A stretch of 63,991 bases of DNA, filler included, from Olpidium bornovanus S191 (lineage: Eukaryota > Fungi > Olpidiomycota), in assembly GCA_017911155.1 (NCBI GenBank). It is 26 parts of 26 records of this genome, joined end to end, with 100 filler letters (N's around TTAATTAATTAA, not from the genome) between each part and the next. Parts side by side here need not be neighbours in the genome. Positions count along the whole stretch, not along the records: positions 9,402 to 12,308 come from JAEFCI010007043.1; positions 12,409 to 14,516 come from JAEFCI010003555.1; positions 14,617 to 17,090 come from JAEFCI010011737.1; positions 17,191 to 18,425 come from JAEFCI010003041.1; positions 18,526 to 19,764 come from JAEFCI010006173.1; positions 19,865 to 23,990 come from JAEFCI010009475.1; 20 more parts are not named here. One strand, 5' to 3'. The position numbers and the translations under genes are program-made. Shown here piece after piece: positions 11,297-21,887 of the stretch (position 1 is the stretch's first letter; each line of letters begins with the position of its first letter). The notes under the pieces are model-generated. The model had not been told where the DNA came from and searched no databases. It worked only from the letters and a program-made list of their open reading frames with translations.

Positions 11297-11455
11297 GGTC
11301 CAAGCAGATCTTGCCTTTTTTCGACTTCACATTGCAGCGCGAGCCTGCGGCCCTCACCAGCTGCTCACCAGTTCCCGGGTCCAAGCAGATCTTGCCGGTT
11401 CGACTTCACATTGCAGTGCGAGCCTGCGGCCCTCCCCAGCCGCTCACAAGTCCCC
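11297..11455 (+). repeat. Tandem duplication, ~80-bp unit
   Basis: GGGTCCAAGCAGATCTTGCC...TTCGACTTCACATTGCAG.GCGAGCCTGCGGCCCTC.CCAGC.GCTCAC occurs twice, just 3' of the RCC1-repeat gene. Confidence 0.88.
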
Positions 11456-12256
11456 CCTGAGCGGCAAAAATGACCGAGTGCGTCGTTTTCTTCAGGATTC
11501 TGCTGGATTCTGCTGGATTGCGAGATCCGCGGAAGCACACGTTGACCGGAACGGCCGCAGATATTCGGAGTTTTGACGCCGAGCGCAAGGCGTCTCCTAG
11601 GTTTTTCCGGAGTATACGTCGCGCGGCGTTACGCGCCGCGCCTTGTGATCACCGCAGAAGCCCGCGTCGCAGCTTTCGGTAATCGTCCGGAAACGGGTCA
11701 GTGGGCGCGGGAACGCCGATCTGTCCTCTTTGCCGCCGGTGCCGCGGGCTGTTTTCGCTTGACTTCGTAGAACGGCGCTGCGCCCGCAACCGAAGCCCGC
11801 CGGAAGCGGAGTGACGTAGCATAGACGCACGAGAAAGCCGTTTTTCAACCATCGGGTAGGAATGTACTCAAAATGCTTCGCAGTGATGTCCCGAAATACA
11901 GTACGAACGCCGGGAAGAGGCATTCCGAAAGATTTCAGTAACTTCTTTGCCAAGATCGATAACAGGATCTGTTTTCTGCACTTTTGGCTTTTCCCCAGGC
12001 ATCGAAGTTGATGTCAGCGATGGAAAGCTCGTTGGCGATGGCCCCCCTTCTCTCTCTCTCTCTCTCTCTCTTTTTCTGGCGGGTTTGCCCCCCTAAAGCG
12101 TCATGACCTCCGTCATCCCGGTCACTTAACATTGACAGCATCTATTCAAGACCTCTCCAAAAAAAAAACTCGTTTTTCTCGTGAACCAAGAATGCGGGGC
12201 ACTGGAACCAGCAAGCTTATCGAAGCACGATTTGCAGACCGGAATGGATGACGCCC

Positions 12257-12298
<42 letters not shown>

Positions 12299-13059
12299 AC
12301 GACGCTCGNNNNNNNNNNNNNNNNNNNNNNNNNNNNNNNNNNNNNNNNNNNNTTAATTAATTAANNNNNNNNNNNNNNNNNNNNNNNNNNNNNNNNNNNN
12401 NNNNNNNNCATGTTATCTTGTGTGGCTCCTTGTCCGACTTTTTACTTGTGCTGCTTCGGAACGTCCTCCCGTGTCTGTCCCAAATTTTACACTCAGTGTA
12501 AAACGGGCTGTCCAACGGGAGGAGCCGCGAGAACAATAGCCTTCGAGAATCATATTCAACTGTCAACCAAGCAGCTCACTTTTCCGGCGGAAGTCCTTCC
12601 AGGACCTGATGAGGGGTTGCTGAATCCGGGAGTGTTCGCGCGCGCGTCTCTTTCCAGGGCCCAAGTGTCCGCCGCGAATTACCAGAGGAGGTGGAAAGGG
12701 AAAAGGAGGACAAAGGACATTGATGAGGAAGCTTCGGTTTGGAAAGATGGACGATGACGGCGAGGATTTCGACGGAGCGACGGTGGTGGATTATGACGAT
12801 TTGCCTTCGGATGTTGGTTGTGGAGCCCGGCGACGTTGGTCGCCTCGGCCAGTGTGCGCGCGCAGTGGCGGGCTACTGCGCAGTGTGAACGGCTTATAAG
12901 CTAATCTGCCAAACCCAAAAATTCTCTCCCCTGACCTCCTCCGTCTGCTGCGAAACACGACCCTTCTCGAAGCTTACAGGTTATGAGCCCAACTGGTCTG
13001 CCCTGCCCTTGATCCAGCCCGTCGCCACCACCCTGTTTTTGAGAACTGTCGCGCAAGGG

Positions 13060-13580
13060 GAAGCGCGCGCAACGCAGAAGGAGCAGCCATTTGCCGGGAG
13101 CTCGCGCAGCGCTGAGGAGCAGCCGTCCGTCGGGAGCGGCGCGGCAGAGCGCGCGCGGCGCGGAACGAAGGAGCAGCCGTCCGCCGGGATCTCACGCAGC
13201 GCAAAAGGAGCACGAGCGGCGCAGAATAGAGGAGCAGCCGTGCGTCGGGAACGCCGCGGCGGGAGAGCGCACAGCGTACAAGGAGCGCGCGCAGGTGCCG
13301 AGGAGCAACCGTCCATCGGGTCGGAACGCTGGCGGCGCAGAAGGAGAGCACGCTCCTTCTGCGCTGCGCGGCGGTGCCGGCGAGGGGAGCTGACGGACGG
13401 CGGACCTTTCCGCAATACGCGAGCTCCTCCTGCGCTGCACGCCGGTCCTTCCCCGACGCCCCTTCTGCGCCGCGAGCGTTCCTCTTGCGCTGCGCGCGCT
13501 CGCGACGGACGGTTGCTCTTTGGCGCCCACGCGCGCTCCTTGTACGCTACACGCTCTCCTGCCGCGCCTCTCCAGCGGTT
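13060..13580. repeat. Degenerate tandem repeats (GAGGAGCAGCCGTCC-type) with an inverted copy (fold-back)
   Basis: Several GAAGGAGCAGCC/GAGGAGCAGCCGT units at 13075-13330. The segment ~13490-13575 is an imperfect reverse complement of ~13240-13330. Confidence 0.7.
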
Positions 13581-13959
13581 GAGACCAGAGGAGAGCTACG
13601 CCACGAGAGTACCCAGTGTATACCGTCGTTTTGCCCTCGCTGCCCTCACTGCCTTTCTCAAAAGGAGCGGAGCCGCCGGCAGGTAGTCGTCCCGCCACGT
13701 TTTCCTTCTTGTTTTCCTGTCTTTCGTTGTTGCGACCTTGGAGGACCACGACAGGAACTACGTCTAGGCATTCCTCCCCAATGGAAGAGGGAAACTGGAG
13801 CTCATGGAGGGAGGACATGCGAGCAGTCCTTCTTAGGTGGGGACATGGGATCGGGTGACAGGCGAGGACGCCTCGTCCAAAGCAAGTCAGGCTCAATGAC
13901 GGGAATTGGTTAGGACGGATGGAGAGACCTGTGGGGAGCTCAACCTTTTCGTTGGCGGC

Positions 13960-14330
13960 TGTTGAGACTTGAGGACGCCAAATGCCCGCTCGATGACCAC
14001 CCGGACACTGGCACGTCGGTTGAGCTCCTTGGTGACCGGACTGCGCCAAGTGGCCATGAGCTCAAACGTCATCACCCACGTGCTTGCTGTTCGCGTAAGC
14101 AGAGTCGCCAAGAATAAATGGAGGGGCAATTGCAGTTGTCCGGCCAGTCTCTGTTTCGGGAACTGGCACTGTGCAATCCAGACAGTCGGTAAGGTACCTC
14201 CCAAGTGATTGGGCCATGTTGCTGTTCCGGAATATGCGTCCGTCCACTACAGCACCGGGACAGCCAACGACGAGGTTCATGAAGCGACCCTCATTCGTCG
14301 CAAACGGCCTGGGGACGTCAGCAGCTCTCC
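13960..14330 (-). mobile_element. PIF/Harbinger DDE transposase remnant
   Basis: GRFMNLVVGCPGAVVDGRIFRNS...FILGDSAY and, after a frameshift, ELNRRASVRVVIERAFGVLKS: typical Harbinger/HARBI1 DDE motifs. Confidence 0.88.
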
Positions 14331-14684
14331 CAGCTTCCCTTCCCTGTGGACCCAACCCCGCCAAGCCCGACTACCCCGTGGCAAAACGAACTAGACATGG
14401 CACGGCCAGAAAGGCCAAATAACGAATAAAACAAAGAGGAGTTTTTAACAATGTGAAAGTCTGGGGATTTCAATGTGATTTCGACAGATTCATTTTTGTG
14501 GGGGTCATTGGTGCTCNNNNNNNNNNNNNNNNNNNNNNNNNNNNNNNNNNNNNNNNNNNNTTAATTAATTAANNNNNNNNNNNNNNNNNNNNNNNNNNNN
14601 NNNNNNNNNNNNNNNNAAATCGGCGAAAGAGCCTCTGGTGCAGGGAGGAAAAGCTGAAGCTGGCAGGGCCAAAAGCATTTTCCG

Positions 14685-15855
14685 TCATATTAGTTTCTTC
14701 GATTGGAAAAATCTACGGAGGTAGAAGACTTGCCATGCGCCGACGGAGCACAAGACAACGATGGAAAATATGCTGAACTTCCAAACGCGTTCGTTCGTCG
14801 ATTCTGCAAGTTTCAACGAATTCGATTCGCGGAAAAAAGGATTCGTCAGACGAGCGAGCGAACTCCTGTTGCCAAGCAAATTTTTTCTTTTCCTATTGTC
14901 GAAAACAAATCTGAAACGCTATTGCCGCAGGGGAAGAAGTGGGAGGGAAGGGCGGGGGGGAAGTGTCAAGTCTGCTGAAACTTGTGTTAACACGTCCTCT
15001 CGTACCGTTGGTGTCACGCATCCGCGCCTCGCGTCTCTTGAGGAACTCCATATCCTCGACGATCTCCTCGACTGCCATTTCAAGCTTCCGGAGCTCGACC
15101 TCCATGGGCTTCAGCTTCTCCTTCTTTGCGATCTCGGCAAAATCTTTGGCCTCAACGCCGAAGGACATGCGCAGGTCCACGGACCGCTTCCACTGGCTGT
15201 CCGGTTGAATTCCTGCGTACAAGTTCAGAAAACGCGCGGGAGCAGGCTCGTAAAAACCGCGACATATCGGTTCGTTCGGCTCAGCCTATCCAGAAAAAAA
15301 AAAATTCTTCTGTCGTGCGTGAAGCAGAATTGCGATACCAGCTGCGAGCACGTTATGCAGGCACACGCTGATTTCCGAGTGGGTCTGTGTCCGGAAGGTA
15401 AACTTCGCGTCTTTGACGTCCGCCTTTCTGAAATACTCGTTGCGCTCGGGAGAATTGTCAACAATCTACTTTTCCCCGCGCGTTCGGCAAAAAGCGGGGC
15501 GCCACGCAACTGTCAGGACCTTGCCGCAAACGCAACCGTTCTTCTTCCTCTCTCTCTCACTCTCTTTTTCTCTCTTTCTTTCATTGAACCACTCGTCCCC
15601 CCCCTCCCTTTCTCCACCGAAACGCACCTCGACGTTGACAACTTGGTTCGCTCCCTGTCCCACGGTTATGGAGCCCTTGACAAACATGTCCTTTGCTACC
15701 CAATGGTAAAGGCACCGGATCCCTTTGCTGTCGGCCTGCGCTTGCGGGAAAGCCTGCAAGTCAAAAGCCACGGCGTCGACAGTGGCCAAAGTGGCCAGCC
15801 ACGCCGCGGCCGCGGCGGCGAGAAGCGCAAGCGAGGCTCGCTGGAAGGCCGGCAT
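14685..15855 (-). CDS. ERV25: p24/EMP24/GP25L family cargo receptor (Erv25/TMED10), complete, multi-exon
   Basis: Signal peptide, GOLD domain ([15 protein letters not shown]), [24 protein letters not shown]|ESTNERV, TM helix and C-terminal [12 protein letters not shown]. Confidence 0.95.
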
Positions 15856-18049
15856 TCCGCGTGCGCGTGCGAATTCGGGCGGGGTGCTCTCTCTCTCTCT
15901 CTTTCATGCCCCCTGCGGGTGGGGGGGGGAGGGGGGGGGGGGGGGGGGGGGGGGGGTGGGGGGGGGGGGGGGAAGGGGTGGGAGGATGATACCCTGTCGG
16001 AGAATGAAGGGTAAGGGGTTTTATAAAGCGGGAGGCGCAAACGCAAGCGCGCCGCGCGCATCGCCCTCCTCCCCCCTCCTCCCCCTCCCTCTCCCCTCCT
16101 GCCCCTCTCCGCCTTCTGTCCTCCCCTCGGCCGGGGCCCTGCCCACCCTGTCCCCATCGGAAGGCCGCGGCCCGCCTTACCCCTCCAAACGCAGTCGGCC
16201 CTCTGCATAACATCCTCGGTTGCATGCGGCTTCTCGCGGGCGGATTTTCAAACAGACGAATAGTCGTTTATGCTTTGGTCACAGTGATGGAAACATTTTG
16301 CTGGCTGAACTGGCCTGCACCTCCTTTGTCGGTTGCGGTCTTCTGCTTTGACGTCGAGACTTTGCTGCAGAGGGCGGCAAAACACCGGGATCGACGCAGC
16401 TGCAGATCCAGCTTGTTGTTGTTGCGTCATGCTTTGTATTTGCGCTTGGTTTTTTGTGGCTATGGAGAGGTGGGACGACCATTTGCGAGCCGTTCCTCCC
16501 AAGTCGCGCCATCGGTGGTTTGCTGTCCGCCGGCGAGGGCAGAATTGTGGCGGTCGTATCGGTCTTTGGACAATGCGTCGGACACGACGCATTGAGCGGG
16601 AGTGAGAAGGACTGGCACGAGCACAAACGTCGTTGGTCCTGAACGAACGATGAGAACAAGGGTCGATGCGAGGAAAAAAAAAGTCGGCTTTCTCAACTAA
16701 GGATTGCAGCGAAAGCCGATGGCTTGACGTCGCCAATTGCAACAGCACACCAACTCGACCAACGGATGCAGACGTGCGGAAGCGATGGAGAAAGGGTTGA
16801 AACTGACGGCGATGCGACTCCGAATGCTACGCAAGTCGATTTGAGTCGAGGTGACCGGAGCAGGCTTCCACGGCGACCGCGGAGAGCGGGGAAGATGGCG
16901 ATGCGAACAGCAGACAAGTCACGGAGAGCTTACTAATACTAAGTATACATTATCATTAGCATTAAGATACAATGTAGTTTCTTCCCTTGCTTTAATTTTT
17001 TTTTCTCTTGTTTTTTCGTTCCTTGGTAGGAAGGATCAACGGTGAGAACGACGAAAAAAAATGCGGGGAAGACACCACACTACAACCATCNNNNNNNNNN
17101 NNNNNNNNNNNNNNNNNNNNNNNNNNNNNNNNNNTTAATTAATTAANNNNNNNNNNNNNNNNNNNNNNNNNNNNNNNNNNNNNNNNNNNNCATGCCTCTC
17201 TTCCGAAGATTTCAGTCCTCACGGCGCATCGCCTTGGCGACACTCCCTGGTTCCGGATCATCTATCTCCAGGGAGGAGATGGTCTCAGCCAAACACGAAG
17301 GCAAACGCTCCGTCAACGATGGTTGTTCCGCGCCCCCAAATTTTGCCGGTGTCAACACAAACAACAGAGGCCGTCTGTCATTTTGCTCACAGCGGAACGA
17401 GCAATTACGGGATCCGCAGAGGGTCCAGGACTTGAACGCGGACCACGCGGAGCTTTCCATCTGGACGGACGGGGAAACCAGATTTTTGCACAGGGTAGGG
17501 GAACGCCCGACAAGGGCCGCAGCCGGGGTGCCCCGGTTGCCGACCGCGGCGGCGGCGATCACGGGGGTCCCCCCCCCCCCCGGCGCGCGCCTTTTGACCC
17601 CTCCCCCCCCGTACGTACTCGGTCCGTTGCCACGGCGGGCCTTTTCTTTTCCGACAGCCTCCCGTCGGGATGCGCGCGCGTTTCTCTGCCGCGCCCGCGG
17701 CCCCCGGACGTGGTAAACGCGCCCCCAGGGGGAGACGGGGGCAATGTAATGAATTTATAAAGTAATGTTGATTATTTATTTAATATTTAAGAGCGCGGGC
17801 AAAAAAAAAAAAAAAAAAAAAAAAAGAACGCCGGTTTTTTTTTTCAGAGAAATCCAAATGGTGCTTTCTGCCCTGCACACGGGGCGAGGGACGTGCACAC
17901 AGAGCTGCTGATCGATCGATCGGCCACGGAGAAAGTCGCACGACACACCCAAACCCCCTCCTCCCCCCGCTTCACCCCTTCACCCGTGAAAATTCCGAGG
18001 AGCCGACGAGCTTTTCCCGCAACTCCTTCCCCACACACCCCCGCCCCTT

Positions 18050-18083
<34 letters not shown>

Positions 18084-18297
18084 TTCCCCCCCCCCCCCCC
18101 CCCGCGCCCGCGCCCGGCTTCAGTTCTGAGCGAGCGGGCGAGAAGAAATAAAAAAAAAAGGACAGGGGGACTGACGCGCGCGCAGCAACCCCTTTTCCCC
18201 ACCCACCCCGCCGTTTTCTCCGCCGACAGGTGGCGGGAAGGTGGCGTTTTTGCGCCGGGCCAGCCCCCGGCTCCACGCTATGGACTAGTGCGAGGGG

Positions 18298-18329
<32 letters not shown>

Positions 18330-18330
18330 G

Positions 18331-18370
<40 letters not shown>

Positions 18371-19111
18371 ACCCGGCCGGGCACCCACCCAGCGATTCTC
18401 CCGGTGCCAGCCGGGCACCATGTAGNNNNNNNNNNNNNNNNNNNNNNNNNNNNNNNNNNNNNNNNNNNNTTAATTAATTAANNNNNNNNNNNNNNNNNNN
18501 NNNNNNNNNNNNNNNNNNNNNNNNNCATGTGACCGACTAAACCGACCGCACCCGCGCCGCGCGCCTCCCTTGGGCGCCCACTTTTTACCCTTCTCGGCCC
18601 TTTCCTGCGGCCAATGGAGACCCGCGTGTCCCAAAGCGCGCTGAAAAAGTAAAAAAAAAAAAGTTCGAAGATCCCCTGAAAAGCCCCTTTCTTCATTCGA
18701 AAAAATATGCCCTTTCTCCCCCGCGCTTGTCGAAAAACTAATCCGCTTTTGACGAGATCCGCCTGCGCCCGCCGCCGTCGCCGCCACTTTTATTCTTCGT
18801 TCCGTTCCCCCAGGCGCCCTTCGACATCTTCCCCTCCACCTCCCGCGCCGGAAACAACCGAAAAATAAACAAAAAAAAAATATGTTGCCCGCCCCGCGCC
18901 CCGGCTTTATCCGGGGGTAACAACGCCCGTGGCCCAACGAAATATGGCGAATCACTTTACTGCGGTCTCTTTGCATTACAATTGGCTACGGTGCAATGGC
19001 GCACCCGTTCCGCACGCACGACCATTAGACTTCTTTTTTTTTCCCGGGAAGGCGTCCCCCGCCCGGGCCCCCTCACCTGATGCAGACACGACAGGCCAAT
19101 GCCACTGCAGT

Positions 19112-19450
19112 AATTAATTAACCAGGCAATATTGATCAATCAAGGCGTACGCCTCCTCGAAACTGCGTGCTTTTTGGATCTTCGATTGCGTGCCGGATCC
19201 CCGATCCCAGGCTGCGTGCCTTGAATTTCAGATCCCCGGCCGCGCGCCCGGATAGCTGATCTCCCGGCTGCGCACCTGGGGTCTCCGGCCGCGCAAACGC
19301 CAAAATTACACTCCATCACGCCCTCGGCTCCCGGCAAAGCTCCGGCGCACGTAATCTGCGGATTCACTCTCGTCCAAAATTGGCTTGCCCTGTCGACGAG
19401 CTTCGGCGTCGCGGCGGAGTTCTGCTTGTTCTTCGGTGGTCAAAGCCGCG
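19112..19450 (-). CDS. Possible last two exons of an unidentified protein
   Basis: Two protein-like stretches in one frame (ALTTEEQAELRRDAEARRQGKPILDESESADYVRR and SKIQKARSFEEAYALIDQYCLVN*), separated by a stop-containing segment that could be an intron. Confidence 0.3.
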
Positions 19451-19864
19451 CTTTCACACCCGCATCCCCAGCAGAACGTCGCGCGTTACTATATCCGTGA
19501 AAACGAAAGGAGGCCGGCGGCGAGACCAAGAGTTTTTCCATAACAAATTTTTGCTCCGAAGCTCGCGTGAGACAAAGTGAAAAAATAATGCGGCCAAACC
19601 CTCGCCAGGATCTCCCCCCCCACCACTTTCCCGATAGGAACAGCATGGACGGCCGAAGGTTGTTAAAAGCTGTGGGCGAGAGATAGCCGCCGGAACGGTG
19701 TGCGGAAATATAGTCTGATCGCGTAAAACCGATTCTGGCAGCCCAGGAAACAGCAGAGAAAAAANNNNNNNNNNNNNNNNNNNNNNNNNNNNNNNNNNNN
19801 NNNNNNNNTTAATTAATTAANNNNNNNNNNNNNNNNNNNNNNNNNNNNNNNNNNNNNNNNNNNN

Positions 19865-20352
19865 CGAAGCCGCCAGGCAGATTCTTGGATTGCTGGTTCC
19901 CGCTTCCAGCTCCAGGGAGGCCCAGGCCAAGATCATCATCTGCGCCCCAGTCTCCAGCGATCTCACCCAGCCCGTCGTTGGTCGCATGCGAGAATTCGAA
20001 GGGTTGGGCGGCAAGTGGGCCACTCTCGCTGTCTGCAAATGCACCCGCAAAGAAGCCGCGTGACACGCTCAAAAAGGGGCCAGTTTGTGTCTTGTTGCGG
20101 GCAGATCAATTCGAGCAGCTTGAGCGGTCGGCCAACCGAGATGTTGGTAACGTTTTCATGCCGTCAAGCCCGCCTGCTGAAGAATGGCCGCCGCCCCCTC
20201 TTCCATGCCATTGGGTGTCACGGTCAGGTATGCCAAGGGATCTAAAGACGTTTGAAAATGCGTGAGACCAGTGTATGGGTTCGCCCAACGTTATTACGCG
20301 TCTTACATTGGCCAACATCTCTAAGAATCCTGACCTTCTCGTGAACATCATC
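19865..20352 (-). pseudogene. COPA: Coatomer alpha subunit (COPA/RET1) internal fragment with frameshifts
   Basis: DVHEKVRILRDVGQ|YPLAYLT..NGMEEGAAAILQQAGL (fs) ...QQDTNWPL (fs) LSVSRGFFAGAF...DWGADDDLGL matches the alpha-COP pattern ERVRIL..GQ..LAYLT...G...DTNWPLL.VSKGFF...WG.D. One GT-AG intron retained; two frameshifts and a TGA. Confidence 0.8.
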
Positions 20353-20353
20353 A

Positions 20354-20372
20354 AGGGTTAGGGTTAGGGTTA
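20354..20372 (+). repeat. Interstitial telomeric repeat (TTAGGG-type, 3 copies)
   Basis: AGGGTTAGGGTTAGGGTTA, directly abutting the 5' break of the COPA fragment. Confidence 0.85.
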
Positions 20373-20689
20373 ACGATGAACAATAAAGAAAATATTTCTT
20401 TTTCCCGCGCCTCCTCAAGGTCTCCCAAGAATCACAGATTACCGACGTATCATTGACGAGGTATCAGAGCGTTCTTAGTTCAGGCTCGTGCGCCAGTTAA
20501 GCAACGCGTTCAGTGTCAACTTTCTGGTTCTCCAAAGTTTTGCGTTTTGAGCGTCTGGTTTATTTTGTTTTGGTTTTTTGGAAGTAGGGAGTTGTTATAT
20601 CTCACGGGGAGTCTTTATATCTCAACAGAAAGCGGCGCCAGTCTCTTTATCATCGTCATTAAGAACTGTCCATCTCGCCATCGGAATAG

Positions 20690-21030
20690 CCGAATTTCAC
20701 GTCCCAGAGTATCGCGTCGCGATCGGGGGTCCCGTCTAATTCACGCAACACATACGTCCGCAACTCTGGATTGGTTTCAAAAGTGACGTACGGTCCGAAC
20801 CGACACGGCAACAGCTTTCATTCCGTCCGGAACTCGTTATAGATCCGATCGTTTCTAACAAGAGCTCATTCGCCTGCTTCAATAGTTCGAGATCTAGTCG
20901 TGCGTAATCGATCTATCGCGTCCTTCGCATTTTCACGCTCATTACAGGTCCGCGCGATGGCGGAGTCGAGATTCGCCTCGCGTTGAGCGAGTTGTTGCAG
21001 ACGCATCGCAATTGATTCCGCAGTGGTACA
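20690..21030 (-). mobile_element. Degenerate Gypsy integrase C-terminal (GPY/F) remnant
   Basis: AMRLQQLAQREANL..A...R.NAK...D...RTIEAGE*ALVRN...*KLLPCRFGPY...RTYVLRELDGTPIATRYSG, with stops. Confidence 0.75.
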
Positions 21031-21210
21031 TTCGTCGCTCCCAAGGGATGGCCGCCCCAGCTTCGGACGTCCTCTCTTCCAACGCCTGCCCGGCGCAACC
21101 CACAACCCGCTCCCAAGGTCGGCCAAGGTAAAGAAGAAAAAACAAGGAAAAAAAAAAAACAAAAAAAAAAAAATTAAAAATAATAATAATAATAAGAGAA
21201 ACACGGCAGG

Positions 21211-21443
21211 CAGTCGGGGCAGGGGACATCCCCGGGCGGCCTACGGCAAGGGAAACGGAAGGGAAGAAACTGGACGGCGACGATGTTCTGGTCATAGAAA
21301 CACGAAGAGAAACACGGCAACACGCAGCCCCCAGTAAGCACGCCACCCTTTCTCTGCAGTCGGGGCAGGGGACAGCTCCGGGCGGCCTGCGGCAAGGGAA
21401 ACGGAAGGGAAGAAACAGGAAGATGGCGATGTTGTGGTCATGA
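21211..21443 (+). repeat. Direct repeat, ~86 bp, two copies
   Basis: CAGTCGGGGCAGGGGACA...GGCAAGGGAAACGGAAGGGAAGAAAC...GATGTT.TGGTCAT at 21211-21296 and 21357-21443. Confidence 0.85.
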
Positions 21444-21887
21444 GGGGACGACTCCCTGGAGGAGGCGGCAAAGATGGCGACTGAGGATGATGTCTGCATT
21501 TTCTTGTGCAGTCAAAAACGCAACCCACCCCAACTTCGTGGGGTTCGGACTGGGCCGGCTTCACCCGGGACATACAGCGCTCGTCCGGCCACCGAACCAG
21601 GCAGCGGGGGCGCGGATCAGAAGAAGAATCCAATGTTTGAAAACGTTCTGGAACTTGCGAACTCACACGAACTAAATCTTTATTCATCCGTTCGCCCCGT
21701 TTGCCTCTCGCAACAGGCTGGGCCCCGAAATCGAGAGTCACCAAATACGGATCAGCCTGAGGCAAAGGCGGTGCAGGTGCATAAATAAAAGTGGACCTGT
21801 GGTGCGGACCTCTCGCCCTGCGAATTTAGATGCCGCTGACTAGTAAGGCGCCATGCCAAATTCAGAAAAGTCGCGGCGGAATCCTCC

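Noticed and set aside
11597-12141. Minus-strand ORFs downstream of the RCC1-repeat gene
   Set aside because: No recognisable domain and ambiguous frame.
17191-17760. Candidate exons on either strand
   Set aside because: Splice sites are plausible both ways, but no translation is identifiable.
19111-19121. TAATTAATTAA outside an N-run
   Set aside because: No flanking Ns and an incomplete match; most likely a natural AT-rich stretch at a putative stop codon.
20460-20471. GGTATCAGAGC resembling a tRNA-Met primer-binding site
   Set aside because: It lacks the 5' T, no LTR end is evident before it, and it is opposite in orientation to the nearby integrase remnant. Unsupported on its own.
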